From positions 45,955-109,954 of the forward strand of contig CAISGE010000002.1 in NCBI GenBank assembly GCA_903884815.1: a DNA stretch of 64,000 nt, read 5' to 3'. Within the stretch, counting starts at the first letter, position 1, and each line of letters starts with the position of its first letter. Position numbers and translations under genes: made by a program. This DNA is from Candidatus Omnitrophota bacterium (GTDB lineage: Bacteria; Omnitrophota; Omnitrophia; Omnitrophales; Aquincolibacteriaceae). The notes under the pieces are model-generated. The model had not been told where the DNA came from and did no database searches. It saw only the letters and a program-made list of their open reading frames with translations. This document shows positions 38,462 to 48,964 of the stretch, piece by piece.

Positions 38462-38806
38462 CTACTGGCGACGTGATTTTTTCGCTTTGGAAGCTTTTGC
38501 CGTAGTAGTCGTTTGTTTGACTTCCGGAGCGGGTGTCGCTGCAGGGGCCGTTGCCGCACCCTGAGGTGTTAGGGTGGGCATGACCTGGCTCAGACGAACT
38601 AAGGTGTCAAGTTTTGCCTGGCGTTCCGCGGGAGTTCCAGATCCCAGAAGACTATTAAGCGCTGTGACAGGATCCGCGCTTGAAGCCGGAGCTGGCGTGG
38701 CGGCAGGCTTTTTAACTTCCGTATTTGTTTCTGAGTTTCCCCAGTCATAACCGGAAAAAGCAAAAAGAACGACGATGGCGCAAGATAATGCGAGGATTTT
38801 TTTCAT
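38462..38806 (-). CDS. Small secreted Ala/Pro/Thr-rich protein.
   Basis: A signal peptide (MKKILALSCAIVVLFAFSG) precedes a low-complexity region (PAATPAPASSADP...AATAPAATPAPE) and a basic C-terminus. The start is the internal ATG at 38804-38806. Confidence 0.5.
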   Translation of the reverse strand: MKKILALSCAIVVLFAFSGYDWGNSETNTEVKKPAATPAPASSADPVTALNSLLGSGTPAERQAKLDTLVRLSQVMPTLTPQGAATAPAATPAPEVKQTTTTAKASKAKKSRRQ

Positions 38807-39211
38807 GGGACCCCCTGGTTGAACATGTTTTTTTGACGCGTTATGCGGCAGGGGCGTATTATAAGACAAGCTTATTTCCAATGCAAGGGGTTGCGGAAAT
38901 CAAAAATATCGGGAATCCGGCGGCGAGAAAGGATAAAAGCTGCAAAGCCCTGCATTAATTCCCGGAATTGGTGTGGGGAAAGACGATAGACCGCTTTACC
39001 CCAAAAGCGAGCAAAATAAAGCTTGACCCTATAGAGGGGGTTGGGTATCCTATGCCCGCTCTAGAGTAGAGGATGTAAGAAAATTCCACGCAGAAGAGAT
39101 TCATTTCTAACTTAATCCCAGAGATTTAAACCGCCTCTTTCAGCTCTTTCCGCGACTTTTCTTAGAAAAACGAACCCAGGATCGAACATCCAAGCCCAAT
39201 TAGATCTTAAA

Positions 39212-41926
39212 ATGACAAAACAGACCCCGAAAGAAAAGTCTCAAGGGGGGAAACTGTTCCTGGTGGACGGCCACTCCTTGTGCTACCGGGCGTTCTATGC
39301 GATACAGAATCTGACAAATTCGAAGGGGGAACCGACGAACGCCATCTACGGGTTCGTGACCATGCTGCGGAAGATCCTGGATGAACAGAAGCCGGATCAT
39401 GTGGCCATGTGCTTTGATCGGAAAGAGCCGACCTTCAGGCATCTTCAATACAAGGATTACAAAGCGCACCGCAAGCCGATGCCCGAAGAGCTGGTGAGCC
39501 AAATCGAGCCGATCAAGGAATTCTGCCGGATCTCGAATATCGCGATCCTGGAAAAGGCGGGTTACGAGGCCGACGACGTGATCGGGACCTTGGCGAAGCA
39601 AGGGAAGGGAGAGGGATACCAGGTCTTCATTATCACCGGGGACAAGGACGCCTTTCAGCTGGTCGACGAGCAGGTCAAGATCCTTCAGCCGCACAAAGAG
39701 AATCTCGTCTATGACAGCGAAAAGGTCCGGGAGCGTTTCAGCGGTCTCGGACCGGACAAGGTCGTGGATATTCTCGCGCTGATGGGCGATGCCTCGGACA
39801 ATATTCCCGGCGTGCCGGGGATCGGTGAAAAGACGGCGATTAAGCTGATGCAGGAATTTGGGTCGGTTCAGGGGCTTATCGAACGCCTCGACGAAGTTTC
39901 CTCGGAAAAGCAAAGACAAAAGATCAAAGAGAATATCGAGGACTTGAAGCTCTCCCAAACCCTTGCGACGATCGATACGGCGGTGCCGCTTGAGATCGAT
40001 TGGGACGCGATACGCGTGACCGAGCCTGACCAGGCGGCCTTGATGGAATTTTACAAGCGCTATGAATTCCGGGGGCTTCTAAAAAGCATCGCGCCCCAGA
40101 GAGAACCGGAGGCTGGCGAGCGGGATTATAAAGCGGTCCAAACCCCGCGTGAGCTCGAGATGTTTGCCCAAGAGCTTCGGAAGGTGAAGGCCTTCAGCTT
40201 TGATACCGAAACGACCTCTATCGATCCGATGAAGGCTGCTTTGGTCGGTATGAGTTTTTGCATAGAATCTTTTAAAGCCGCTTATGTTCCCGTGGCGTCC
40301 AAAGTACATCAGGGGCCGGGCTTGCCGCTCGAGGAGGTTTTAAAGGTTCTGGGGCCGAGCCTGGAAAATGAAAATGTAGCCAAGTACGGGCAGAATATTA
40401 AATATGACGAGATCGTGATGGCGCGTCACGGCGTCCGGCTTTCCGGCGTCGCATTCGATACCATGATCGCGAGCTATCTGGTCGATCCCGTAAAACGGAA
40501 TCATAATCTGGATGATCTTTCGCTCGAGTATTTGAGTGTCCAGAAGATCACGACCGAGAGTCTGATCGGAAAAGGCGCGAAGCAGATCACGATGGACGCG
40601 GTCCCGCTTGAGCAGATCACGGCTTACGCCTGCGAGGACGCCGATTGCGTGATGCGTCTTGTGCCGCTCCTCAAAGCCAGGATGAAAGAAAGCGAGCTTA
40701 CGAAGCTCTACGAAGAGGTGGAGTTGCCTCTTTCCGGAGTGCTGGCGAAGATCGAAAAAAACGGCGTGGCGCTGGATCTTGATTTTTTAAAAGAGCTTTC
40801 GGACAAAGCCGCTAAAGAGATCGACGCGCTGGTGAAGGAGATCCACGCGGATGCCGGGACCGAATTCAACCCGGATTCGCCGAAGCAGCTCGCGGACGTG
40901 CTTTTTGTTCAGAAGAAATTGCCGGCTTTAAAGAAGATCAAGACCGGGTATTCGACGGACGCGAGCGTGCTCGAGAAACTCGCTCTTTCCCATGAATTGC
41001 CGAGGAAGATCCTGGAATACCGGGAACGCGCGAAGTTGAAGTCGACTTATTTGGACGCGTTGCCGGAAATGGTGAATACGGAAACCCATTGCGTGCACAC
41101 GTCTTTTAATCAGACGACCACGGATACGGGGAGACTTTCGAGCTCAGACCCGAACCTCCAGAATATCCCGATCAAAACCGAGATGGGACGGCTGGTCCGC
41201 AAGGCCTTCGTGGCCCGTCCGAGAGGGAAGGGGAAAGGCAAGATCCTTTCCGCGGATTATTCGCAGATCGAGCTGAGGATTCTCGCGCATTTTTCGGGGG
41301 ATCCGGGGCTGACCAAGGCGTTCGAGGAGGATCGTGATGTGCACACTTACACGGCGACGCTTCTTTACGACGTGAAAGAAAAGGACGTGACGCGCGAGAT
41401 GCGGAATGCCGCCAAAACCATCAATTTCAGCATTGCGTATGGGAAGACCAGCTACGGACTGTCGCAGGATCTGAATATGTCGATCCCGGAAGCGGATCAG
41501 TTCATTAAAAATTATTTTACGCGGTATGCCAAGGTGAAGGAATTCCTGGACGCCCAAAAGGAGAAGGCGCGGGCGGACGGATTTTTAACGACGATCCTCG
41601 GGCGCCGCTCCTATTTTCCAAACATCAAGGCGTCGAATGCGCAACTGCGGCAATATGCCGAGCGCTCGGCGATCAATGCTCCGATCCAGGGATCGGCGGC
41701 GGACCTGATCAAGATCGCGATGATCTCGATCCAGCGGCGGCTCGAAAAAGAACAAAGCGAGAGTCTGATGATCATGCAAGTGCACGACGAACTCGTTTTT
41801 GACGCGCCGGCCGGTGAGACGGACGCGCTCGCGACGTTGGTCAAAGAAGAGATGGAAGGCGCTTACAAGCTGAAGGTGCCGCTTAAAGTCGACATCACCG
41901 TGGGGGAGACGTGGTACAAAAAATAG
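39212..41926 (+). CDS. polA: DNA polymerase I, with 5'-3' exonuclease, 3'-5' exonuclease and polymerase domains.
   Basis: The 904 aa protein has a 5' nuclease N-terminus (LFLVDGHSLCYRAFYAI), motif A (ILSADYSQIELRILAHFSGD), motif B (RNAAKTINFSIAYG) and motif C (MIMQVHDELVFD). Confidence 0.95.
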   Translation: MTKQTPKEKSQGGKLFLVDGHSLCYRAFYAIQNLTNSKGEPTNAIYGFVTMLRKILDEQKPDHVAMCFDRKEPTFRHLQYKDYKAHRKPMPEELVSQIEPIKEFCRISNIAILEKAGYEADDVIGTLAKQGKGEGYQVFIITGDKDAFQLVDEQVKILQPHKENLVYDSEKVRERFSGLGPDKVVDILALMGDASDNIPGVPGIGEKTAIKLMQEFGSVQGLIERLDEVSSEKQRQKIKENIEDLKLSQTLATIDTAVPLEIDWDAIRVTEPDQAALMEFYKRYEFRGLLKSIAPQREPEAGERDYKAVQTPRELEMFAQELRKVKAFSFDTETTSIDPMKAALVGMSFCIESFKAAYVPVASKVHQGPGLPLEEVLKVLGPSLENENVAKYGQNIKYDEIVMARHGVRLSGVAFDTMIASYLVDPVKRNHNLDDLSLEYLSVQKITTESLIGKGAKQITMDAVPLEQITAYACEDADCVMRLVPLLKARMKESELTKLYEEVELPLSGVLAKIEKNGVALDLDFLKELSDKAAKEIDALVKEIHADAGTEFNPDSPKQLADVLFVQKKLPALKKIKTGYSTDASVLEKLALSHELPRKILEYRERAKLKSTYLDALPEMVNTETHCVHTSFNQTTTDTGRLSSSDPNLQNIPIKTEMGRLVRKAFVARPRGKGKGKILSADYSQIELRILAHFSGDPGLTKAFEEDRDVHTYTATLLYDVKEKDVTREMRNAAKTINFSIAYGKTSYGLSQDLNMSIPEADQFIKNYFTRYAKVKEFLDAQKEKARADGFLTTILGRRSYFPNIKASNAQLRQYAERSAINAPIQGSAADLIKIAMISIQRRLEKEQSESLMIMQVHDELVFDAPAGETDALATLVKEEMEGAYKLKVPLKVDITVGETWYKK

Positions 41927-42525
41927 TCGTCGGGCTTACCGGAGGCTTCGGGGTCGGGAAAAGCTCGGTCGCGCAGCGCTTCAAGAACTTTGGCGCAGAG
42001 TTGATCGATGCCGATGATATCGCCCATGCGTCCATGAAAAAGGGCAGCCCGATCTTTGACGCGATCATCGAAAATTTTGAGGAGGCGCTGCATCCGGGAG
42101 GCAAGAAAATGGACCGGGAAATGCTCGCTGAGATCGTTTTTCAGGATCCCAAGAGGCGCAAGGAGCTCGAGGCGATCATTCACCCTTACGTGTATGAAAA
42201 GATTAAAGAAAAGATCGAAGCGTCCGACAAGAGAGTGATCCTCGTGGAAGTGCCGCTCCTCTTTGAAGCCGGCTTCGAAAAGCTCTTCGATAAAATCCTG
42301 GTCGTGACTTGTAATTCTACCGTCAAGTTGAAGCGTCTGAGATACAAGGGCTTCCCGGAGGCCGAGGTACGGGCGCGGGAACGGGCCCAGATGCTTGAAT
42401 CTCTGAAAGCGCAAAAAGCGGATTATCTGATCGACAATTCGAAGACTATTTATCAAACACAAAGGGAGATCGAACGGCTTTGGTACAAGTTCGTGAACCT
42501 TTCCAAAGGAGCCAATAAACCATGA
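41911..42525 (+). CDS. coaE: Dephospho-CoA kinase.
   Basis: It starts at a GTG with a P-loop ([16 protein letters not shown]). It is 204 aa. It overlaps the polA end and the rho start. Confidence 0.8.
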   Translation: MVQKIVVGLTGGFGVGKSSVAQRFKNFGAELIDADDIAHASMKKGSPIFDAIIENFEEALHPGGKKMDREMLAEIVFQDPKRRKELEAIIHPYVYEKIKEKIEASDKRVILVEVPLLFEAGFEKLFDKILVVTCNSTVKLKRLRYKGFPEAEVRARERAQMLESLKAQKADYLIDNSKTIYQTQREIERLWYKFVNLSKGANKP

Positions 42526-43958
42526 TGAGAGAAACAAGAGAAACGCGGGAGCCCCGCGAAAGAACCCAGCCGCATCACCGTCGCGAAGAGGACGGGAATG
42601 CCGCAAAGCCGCGCATGCCCCGGGTCATTCAAGAAGACGCGGCCGCGAACGGCGAAGCTCTGGAGAAAGCGATCCAGCAGCAAAAATCCGGCGAGAAGCC
42701 GCTCGATGTGGTCAGCCTAAAGCAGATGAAGATCAGCGAGCTTCAGAAAATGGCGCACAAATTCAAGATCGAGAATATCGCCGGGCTCAAGCGCCAGGAC
42801 TTGATCTTCAAGATCCTCCAGGGCCAGGCCCAGCAGTCGGGGCTCATGTTCGGGGAAGGCGTGCTCGAGATCCTGGAAGATGGGTTCGGTTTTTTGCGTT
42901 CTCCCAATTACAACTATCTCCCTTCGCCGGATGATATTTATGTCAGCCCGAGCCAGATTCGCCGCTTCAATTTGAGGACCGGCGATGTGGTGGGCGGGCT
43001 TATCCGTCCTCCGAAAGAAGGGGAGCGTTATTTCGCCCTTCTCAAGGTGGAGCTCATCAACTTTGAAGCGCCGGACAGCGGGAAGGACAAGATCGCGTTC
43101 GATAATTTGACACCGCTTTATCCGGACCAGAGGATCAAGCTCGAGACGACGCAGGAAGAAGCCTCGATGCGCGTGATGGACCTCCTGACGCCGATCGGTT
43201 TTGGCCAGCGCGGCTTGATCGTGGCGCCGCCTTACAGCGGCAAGACGATCCTGCTCCAAAAGCTTGCCAACAGCATCACGACAAATCATCCGGATTCGTA
43301 CCTGATCGTGCTGCTTATCGATGAACGTCCCGAGGAGGTGACGGACATGCAGCGTTCCGTGAAAGGTGAGGTCATCGCCTCGACTTTCGACGAACCCGCG
43401 GACCGTCACGTGCAGGTCGCCGAGATCGTGCTGGAAAAAGCCAAGCGTCTCGTGGAGCACAAACGGGACGTGGTCATCCTGCTTGATTCGATCACCCGCC
43501 TCGCTCGCGCCTACAACACTGTGGCGCCGCATTCCGGCAAGATCCTTTCAGGTGGCGTGGATTCCAACGCGCTTCACAAGCCGAAGCGCTTTTTTGGTTC
43601 GGCCCGTAACGTGGAAGAGGGTGGCAGCATGACGATCATCGCGACCGCGCTCGTGGACACGGGGTCGCGCATGGACGAAGTTATTTTTGAAGAGTTCAAA
43701 GGCACGGGCAACATGGAGCTCCAGCTGGACCGCAACCTTTTCCAGCGCAGGATCTATCCGGCCATTGATGTGAAGAAGTCCAACACCCGCAAGGAGGACC
43801 TGCTGATCCCCGCCGAAGAACTCAATCGCGTGTGGATCCTCCGCAAGGTCCTCAATGAGCTGAACCCGTCAGAGGCCATGGAGCTTCTGGTGGACCGTCT
43901 TAAAAAAACCAAATCCAACGCTGATTTTCTTATCAGCATGAACAAAGTAAAGGAGTAA
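42522..43958 (+). CDS. rho: Transcription termination factor Rho, with an N-terminal extension of about 60 aa.
   Basis: It has the Rho N-terminal domain ([30 protein letters not shown]), an OB fold and a RecA-like core with Walker A ([22 protein letters not shown]). It is 478 aa against about 419 in E. coli. The extra sequence is a charged N-terminal region ([25 protein letters not shown]...). Confidence 0.9.
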   Translation: MMRETRETREPRERTQPHHRREEDGNAAKPRMPRVIQEDAAANGEALEKAIQQQKSGEKPLDVVSLKQMKISELQKMAHKFKIENIAGLKRQDLIFKILQGQAQQSGLMFGEGVLEILEDGFGFLRSPNYNYLPSPDDIYVSPSQIRRFNLRTGDVVGGLIRPPKEGERYFALLKVELINFEAPDSGKDKIAFDNLTPLYPDQRIKLETTQEEASMRVMDLLTPIGFGQRGLIVAPPYSGKTILLQKLANSITTNHPDSYLIVLLIDERPEEVTDMQRSVKGEVIASTFDEPADRHVQVAEIVLEKAKRLVEHKRDVVILLDSITRLARAYNTVAPHSGKILSGGVDSNALHKPKRFFGSARNVEEGGSMTIIATALVDTGSRMDEVIFEEFKGTGNMELQLDRNLFQRRIYPAIDVKKSNTRKEDLLIPAEELNRVWILRKVLNELNPSEAMELLVDRLKKTKSNADFLISMNKVKE

Positions 43959-43962
43959 CACA

Positions 43963-44286
43963 ATGAAAAAAGGTATTCATCCGAAATACGGCCCGGCCAC
44001 CATTAATTGCGCGTGCGGCAATTCGATCCAGACCTCCAGCGTCATGACGGAGATCCGTGTCGATGTGTGCTCGGCGTGCCATCCGTTCTACACCGGGACG
44101 CAGAAGATCATGGACACCGCCGGGCGCATTGACCGGTTCAAGAAGAAGTTCCAGGATCGCGTCGCCGTGAACAAGAAAACGACCAAGGTGGTTGCCAAGA
44201 TGCCGGTGAAGCTCAAGTTCTCCGACGTCGCCCAAAAGGAAAAGCTCCAGGCGCTGAAGGCCAAGGTCCAGGCGGAAGGGAAATAA
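43963..44286 (+). CDS. rpmE: 50S ribosomal protein L31, with a C-terminal Lys-rich extension.
   Basis: It begins [45 protein letters not shown] (the L31 zinc-ribbon signature). An extra tail of about 35 aa follows. Confidence 0.8.
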   Translation: MKKGIHPKYGPATINCACGNSIQTSSVMTEIRVDVCSACHPFYTGTQKIMDTAGRIDRFKKKFQDRVAVNKKTTKVVAKMPVKLKFSDVAQKEKLQALKAKVQAEGK

Positions 44287-44302
44287 AACGTAACGGCGGA
44301 AG

Positions 44303-44352
44303 GCGTACGGTGTACGGCGAAAACGAAACGCGCCACGCCGTACACCGTACAC
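44303..44352 (+). terminator. Long perfect hairpin between rpmE and prfA. It may be a terminator or an mRNA-processing element.
   Basis: gcgtacggtgtacggcg ... cgccgtacaccgtac(accgtac)gc forms a stem of at least 16 bp with a 17 nt loop. It contains three direct copies of the 7-mer accgtac and has no U-tract. Confidence 0.4.
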
Positions 44353-44368
44353 CGTACGCGAGACGCAA

Positions 44369-45439
44369 ATGAGAATCCGAGAGCGTTTAGAAAAAACCGA
44401 GGCGAGGTTCCGCGAACTCGAGGCTTTGATGGGCAGCCCTGACACGCCCCCGAGCAAGTTCCAGGCCCTGAACAAGGAGCTGTCTTTGATCAAGCCGATC
44501 ATGGACCTTTTTCAGAAATACAAGGGCACGGAGCACGAGCTCGTGGGGTTGAAACACAGCTTGGCGGAGAGCCAAGGCGATGAGGCCATGAAAAGTCTGA
44601 TCTCCGATGAGCTCGCGACGCTCGAGGCCGGACAAATCGATCGGGAAAGTAAACTCGAGGAGCTTTTTCTCCGCGACATGCAGCCGGATGCGGCGCGCGA
44701 TGTGATCGTGGAGGTGCGCGCGGGGACCGGAGGCGAGGAGGCCGCGCTTTTCGTGGCGGATCTTTTTCGCATGTACAGCATGTATGCCGGGAATCACGGG
44801 TTGCGCGTCGAAGTGATCGACTCCAATCCCACGGGGATCGGCGGTTTCAAAGAGATCATTTTCGGCGTGACGGGCGACCGGGTTTTCAGCTTTTTTAAAT
44901 ATGAAAGCGGGATCCACCGTGTCCAGCGCGTGCCCAAGACCGAAGCGAGCGGGCGCATCCATACTTCGGCCGTGACGGTCGCGGTACTGCCGGAGGTCGA
45001 GGAAGAAGAGGTTGTGATCAATACAGACGATCTCAGGATCGACGTGTATCGCGCCTCCGGGGCCGGGGGGCAGCACGTGAACAAGACCGAGTCCGCGGTG
45101 CGCATCACGCATATGCCGACGGGATTCGTGGTCGCGTGCCAGGACGAGCGGTCTCAGCAGAAAAACAAGACGAAGGCCATGCGCATTTTGCGGGCGAAGA
45201 TCTTTGATTTCCAGAGGGCGAAGCAGCAAGCGGAGCAGGCGCAGAATCGCAAGGCGCAGATCGGCTCCGGGGACCGGTCCGGCAAGATCCGGACTTATAA
45301 TTATCCGGACAATCGCCTGACGGACCACCGGATCGGGCTCACGCTTCACAGTCTGAACCAGATCTTGGATGGGAAATTGGACCCTGTCGTTGAGGCTCTC
45401 GCGGAAGATGAAAAGGTCCGGTTGCTGACGACATTATGA
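44369..45439 (+). CDS. prfA: Peptide chain release factor 1.
   Basis: It has the GGQ motif (GAGGQHVNKTESAVRITH) and an RF1-type tripeptide in RVQRVPKTEASGRIHTS (a PxT class; PKT is also found in mitochondrial mtRF1a). prmC lies immediately downstream. Confidence 0.9.
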   Translation: MRIRERLEKTEARFRELEALMGSPDTPPSKFQALNKELSLIKPIMDLFQKYKGTEHELVGLKHSLAESQGDEAMKSLISDELATLEAGQIDRESKLEELFLRDMQPDAARDVIVEVRAGTGGEEAALFVADLFRMYSMYAGNHGLRVEVIDSNPTGIGGFKEIIFGVTGDRVFSFFKYESGIHRVQRVPKTEASGRIHTSAVTVAVLPEVEEEEVVINTDDLRIDVYRASGAGGQHVNKTESAVRITHMPTGFVVACQDERSQQKNKTKAMRILRAKIFDFQRAKQQAEQAQNRKAQIGSGDRSGKIRTYNYPDNRLTDHRIGLTLHSLNQILDGKLDPVVEALAEDEKVRLLTTL

Positions 45440-46317
45440 GCGGTTCGAAAAAATTGAAAAGTAACGAGATCTTCGAGTTGATCGCCCAGGGTCGCGAGGG
45501 GCTTTCGCGGGCGGGGATCGAGGAAGGGCAGGAAGAATGCGAACGCATCTGGATGAAGCTTTTGGGATGCGCGCGTTCCGCCATCTATCTCGAAAAGCAT
45601 GAGCTGGCGCTTTCCGGCGCGCGCGAACGATTTTTGGCCATTCTTGAGAGGCGGGCTCAAAGGATCCCGTTGGCTTATCTTTTGAAGGAAGTCGATTTTT
45701 GGCAGGAAACATTGTTCGTGGATGAGCGTTGTCTTATCCCGAGGCCCGAAACCGAGATACTCGTCGAACAAGTCTTGAAAGCGCTCGGTACGGATTACGG
45801 CAAAAGTTTTTCTTTTTTGGATATCGGCACGGGTTCGGGAGCGATCGCGGCGGCGGTTCTTAATGCCTGTCCGAGCAGCCGGGGAACACTTCTTGATATT
45901 TCCGGAGAAGCGCTGGACGTGGCTCGCGAGAATGTGAAACGCTATGACCTGGAAGACCGGGCGAAACTCGTATGCGGCGATTTGTTTAACGCGTTGGATG
46001 CAAGTGATCGGTTTGATTGGATCGTGTCGAATCCGCCTTATTTGTCGGAGACGGATCTGAAAGAGCTCCAGGAAGAGCTGAAAGTCGAGCCCCGGCAGGC
46101 CTTGGATGGCGGAAAAGACGGCTTGGACTTTTACCGAAGGATTATCCGGGAGGCCTCGGGCCGTTTAAACCCCGGCGGGCGGTTGGCTCTGGAATTGGGG
46201 CAGGGGCAGGCGGAAAGGGTTTCAAAGTGGCTTCACGAGGCGGGTTATGATAATATCCACCGTTTCAAAGACCACTTGCAAGTCGAACGGGTCATTCTAG
46301 CCCAGAGGCATTCTTGA
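45436..46317 (+). CDS. prmC: Release factor glutamine N5-methyltransferase PrmC (HemK).
   Basis: It has a SAM-binding motif (LDIGTGSGAIAAAV) and the NPPY motif (IVSNPPYL). Its start overlaps the prfA stop (ATGA). Confidence 0.85.
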   Translation: MSGSKKLKSNEIFELIAQGREGLSRAGIEEGQEECERIWMKLLGCARSAIYLEKHELALSGARERFLAILERRAQRIPLAYLLKEVDFWQETLFVDERCLIPRPETEILVEQVLKALGTDYGKSFSFLDIGTGSGAIAAAVLNACPSSRGTLLDISGEALDVARENVKRYDLEDRAKLVCGDLFNALDASDRFDWIVSNPPYLSETDLKELQEELKVEPRQALDGGKDGLDFYRRIIREASGRLNPGGRLALELGQGQAERVSKWLHEAGYDNIHRFKDHLQVERVILAQRHS

Positions 46318-46323
46318 TCTTTT

Positions 46324-47589
46324 ATGGATAAAATTATTATAGAGGGCGGTTTTCGACTTAAGGGCGAGGTGGATGTCTCGGGATCCAAGAACGCCGTCCT
46401 GCCTATTATGGCGGCGGCGCTTCTATCCGAAGAAGAGTCTGTGATCACGAACGTGCCTTCACTTTGGGACGTGCACACGATGGTCAAGATCCTGCGGACG
46501 CTTGGGGCCAAAGCGATCCTTGAGAACGGATGCCTGAAGGTAAAGCCGGGCAAGAATCTTAAGCCGCTCGCCCCTTATAAACTTGTAAAGACCATGCGCG
46601 CGTCGGTGTGCGTGCTCGGGCCGCTTTTGGCGAGACTTGGTGAGGCGGAAGTTTCGCTTCCTGGCGGATGCGCGATCGGGCCGCGGCCGATCGATCTCCA
46701 TCTGAAAGGTCTGGAGGCCCTGAATGCCGAGATCGATATTCAGCATGGCTACGTAAAAATTAAAGCCAAGAAGAAATTACGCGGGTCCGAAATTTATTTG
46801 GGCGGCGCCTATGGCTCTTCGGTGCTGGCAACAGGCAATGTGATGATGGCGGCGACGCTCGCGCACGGAAGGACCGTGATCGAGAACGCGGCCTGCGAGC
46901 CCGAGGTGGTGGACCTCGCAAGATTCCTTAAGAAAATGGGCGCCAAGATCACGGGGGAAGGTTCCCCGAGGCTTGAGATCGAAGGTGTCCGGAAATTGCA
47001 CGGCGCTGAGCATCATGTGATCCCGGACCGTATCGAGGCGGGGACATTCCTTTACGCGGCGGCGATCACGGGCGGGGATATTCTGGTCCGCAAGATGGAC
47101 CCGGGGCATCTCAATGCGGTGATCGACAAGCTCCATCAGGCGGGCGTCCGCGTCGAGAAGTTCAAGAATTCCGTGCGCGTGAGAAAGAACGGGCGTCTCA
47201 AGCCCGTCGACATCACGACGCTGCCGTACCCGGCTTTCCCGACGGACTTGCAGGCGCAGGCGATGGCCCTTGCGACCGTGACGCCGGGGATCAGCATTTT
47301 GACGGAGAAGATCTACCCGAATCGTTTTATGCATGTGCCCGAACTCGGCCGTATGGGCGCGAAGGTGTTCTTGGAAGGGCCGAGCGCCATTGTGCATGGC
47401 GTCAAAAAGTTGAGCGGCGCGCCGGTCATGGCGTCCGATCTCAGGGCCAGCGCGGCGCTTGTGCTCGCGGGCCTGGTCGCGGAAGGCGCGACGGAAGTTC
47501 AGCGCGTGTATCATCTGGACCGGGGTTATGAGAACCTCGAACAAAAACTCACCTCTCTCGGAGCTTCGATCCGCAGAGAAAAGGAATAA
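46324..47589 (+). CDS. murA: UDP-N-acetylglucosamine 1-carboxyvinyltransferase.
   Basis: It begins [34 protein letters not shown], has an active-site Cys region ([15 protein letters not shown]) and is 421 aa. Confidence 0.95.
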   Translation: MDKIIIEGGFRLKGEVDVSGSKNAVLPIMAAALLSEEESVITNVPSLWDVHTMVKILRTLGAKAILENGCLKVKPGKNLKPLAPYKLVKTMRASVCVLGPLLARLGEAEVSLPGGCAIGPRPIDLHLKGLEALNAEIDIQHGYVKIKAKKKLRGSEIYLGGAYGSSVLATGNVMMAATLAHGRTVIENAACEPEVVDLARFLKKMGAKITGEGSPRLEIEGVRKLHGAEHHVIPDRIEAGTFLYAAAITGGDILVRKMDPGHLNAVIDKLHQAGVRVEKFKNSVRVRKNGRLKPVDITTLPYPAFPTDLQAQAMALATVTPGISILTEKIYPNRFMHVPELGRMGAKVFLEGPSAIVHGVKKLSGAPVMASDLRASAALVLAGLVAEGATEVQRVYHLDRGYENLEQKLTSLGASIRREKE

Positions 47590-47595
47590 ATTTTA

Positions 47596-47620
47596 AATCT
47601 CAAATCTCAAATTTGAGATC
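47596..47620 (+). terminator. Palindrome downstream of murA (aaatctcaaatctcaaatttgagat).
   Basis: atctcaaat/atttgagat is a perfect palindrome preceded by a direct repeat of aatctca. It is AT-rich and has no long U-tract. Confidence 0.3.
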
Positions 47621-47638
47621 ATTACTAAAGGAGGCAAT

Positions 47639-47899
47639 GTGGCAGTTAAAATCAGAATGAAGCGTTTTGGCACCAAGAACAGCCCCAAGTGGCGCATCGT
47701 GGTCAGTGACGCGAAGATGCCGCGTGATGGGCGTTTTATCGAGGAGATCGGCTATTACGACGCTCTTCCCAAAGAAGATATTTTTGTCGTGAAGCAGGAT
47801 CGTCTTGATTATTGGGTGAAGCAGGGCGCGCAGATGAGCGTGGCCTTGAAGAGCTTGGTGCGTCGCGAGAAGAGAAAGACCAAAGCGAAGAAAGCCTAA
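47639..47899 (+). CDS. rpsP: 30S ribosomal protein S16.
   Basis: It begins MAVKIRMKRFGTKNSPKWRIVVSDAKMPRDGRFIEEIGYYDAL (the S16 signature). An aaggagg RBS lies upstream. Confidence 0.9.
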   Translation: MAVKIRMKRFGTKNSPKWRIVVSDAKMPRDGRFIEEIGYYDALPKEDIFVVKQDRLDYWVKQGAQMSVALKSLVRREKRKTKAKKA

Positions 47900-47924
47900 G
47901 ACCTTTGGGCCAGGAAGGCGTTCC

Positions 47925-48593
47925 ATGCTTACGATCGATATCGTGACGCTCTTCCCCGGTTTTTTCGAAAGCCCGCTCGAGGAATCGCTTTTGGAGAAGG
48001 CCCGGGCGAAGGGGCTTGTGAAGATCCGGGCGCATAATCTGCGGGACTGGACGCACGATCGCCACAAGACGGCCGATGACAAGCCGTTCGGAGGTGGGGC
48101 GGGGATGGTGATGAAGCCCGAGCCGATCTTTGAATGCGTGGAAGCGCTCGGCGGGAAGCCCTGGGTCGTGCTGATGGACCCGCAGGGCGAGCCGATGAGC
48201 CAGACGCTGGCTGAAAAGCTTGCGAAGAAGAAGCATCTGGTCCTGATCGCCGGTCATTACGAAGGTGTGGATCAGCGGGTGAAAGATCATTTGGTCGATC
48301 AGGAAATTTCGGTCGGGGATTTTGTCACCATGGGCGGCGAGGCGCCGGCCCTTTGCCTGATCGAAGCGGTGACGCGGCTTCTTCCCGGCGTGCTCGGGAA
48401 CGCGGAGTCGATCAAGCACGAAAGTTTTCAGACCGGGATGCTGGAGCATCCCCATTACACACGGCCCCGGGAGTTCCGGGGGTGGAAAGTTCCCGACGTT
48501 CTGGTGTCGGGAGACCATAAGGAACTGGATGCCTGGCGGAAAAAAACCGCTGAGCATGCCACCAGAAGCAAACGACCCGATCTTTTGAAATAA
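47925..48593 (+). CDS. trmD: tRNA (guanine37-N1)-methyltransferase.
   Basis: The 222 aa SPOUT/TrmD protein begins MLTIDIVTLFPGFFESPL and contains DDKPFGGGAGMVMKPEPI. Confidence 0.9.
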   Translation: MLTIDIVTLFPGFFESPLEESLLEKARAKGLVKIRAHNLRDWTHDRHKTADDKPFGGGAGMVMKPEPIFECVEALGGKPWVVLMDPQGEPMSQTLAEKLAKKKHLVLIAGHYEGVDQRVKDHLVDQEISVGDFVTMGGEAPALCLIEAVTRLLPGVLGNAESIKHESFQTGMLEHPHYTRPREFRGWKVPDVLVSGDHKELDAWRKKTAEHATRSKRPDLLK

Positions 48594-48638
48594 TTTCACG
48601 GGACGCAATAAAGTAAACTCTAACGGGGGAAACATCCA

Positions 48639-48947
48639 ATGAGCAAAATGGACATCGTCGAAAAAGAATACGCAGACAAAAAAGCGCCGGCATTCCGCGT
48701 GGGCGACACCTTGAAGGTGCACGTTCGCGTGAAAGAAGGTGACAAGACCCGCACTCAGCTGTTTGAAGGCGTTTGTATCCGCATCAAAGGCAAAGGGGTC
48801 CGCGGAAGTTTTACCGTTCTGAAAGAAACCTACGGCGATAAGGTCGAAAAGATCTTCCCGCTTCATTCGCCGAACGTGGAAAAGGTCACCGTGAGCGTGA
48901 AGGGCAAGGTCCGACGCGCGAAGCTTTATTATCTGAAGGACAAGTAG
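48639..48947 (+). CDS. rplS: 50S ribosomal protein L19.
   Basis: Motifs include FRVGDTLKVHVRVKEGDKTRTQLFEGVCIRIKGKGVRGSFTV...FPLHSP...RRAKLYYLK. Confidence 0.9.
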   Translation: MSKMDIVEKEYADKKAPAFRVGDTLKVHVRVKEGDKTRTQLFEGVCIRIKGKGVRGSFTVLKETYGDKVEKIFPLHSPNVEKVTVSVKGKVRRAKLYYLKDK

Positions 48948-48964
48948 TCCGTTTCCGGCCCGGC

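Noticed and set aside
44369-45439. The RF1 codon-recognition tripeptide reads PKT instead of the common PAT or PVT. I considered whether this indicates altered stop-codon specificity.
   Set aside because: PxT with a variable middle residue is normal for RF1. PKT is the motif of the fully functional mitochondrial mtRF1a. Nothing else in the gene is aberrant.
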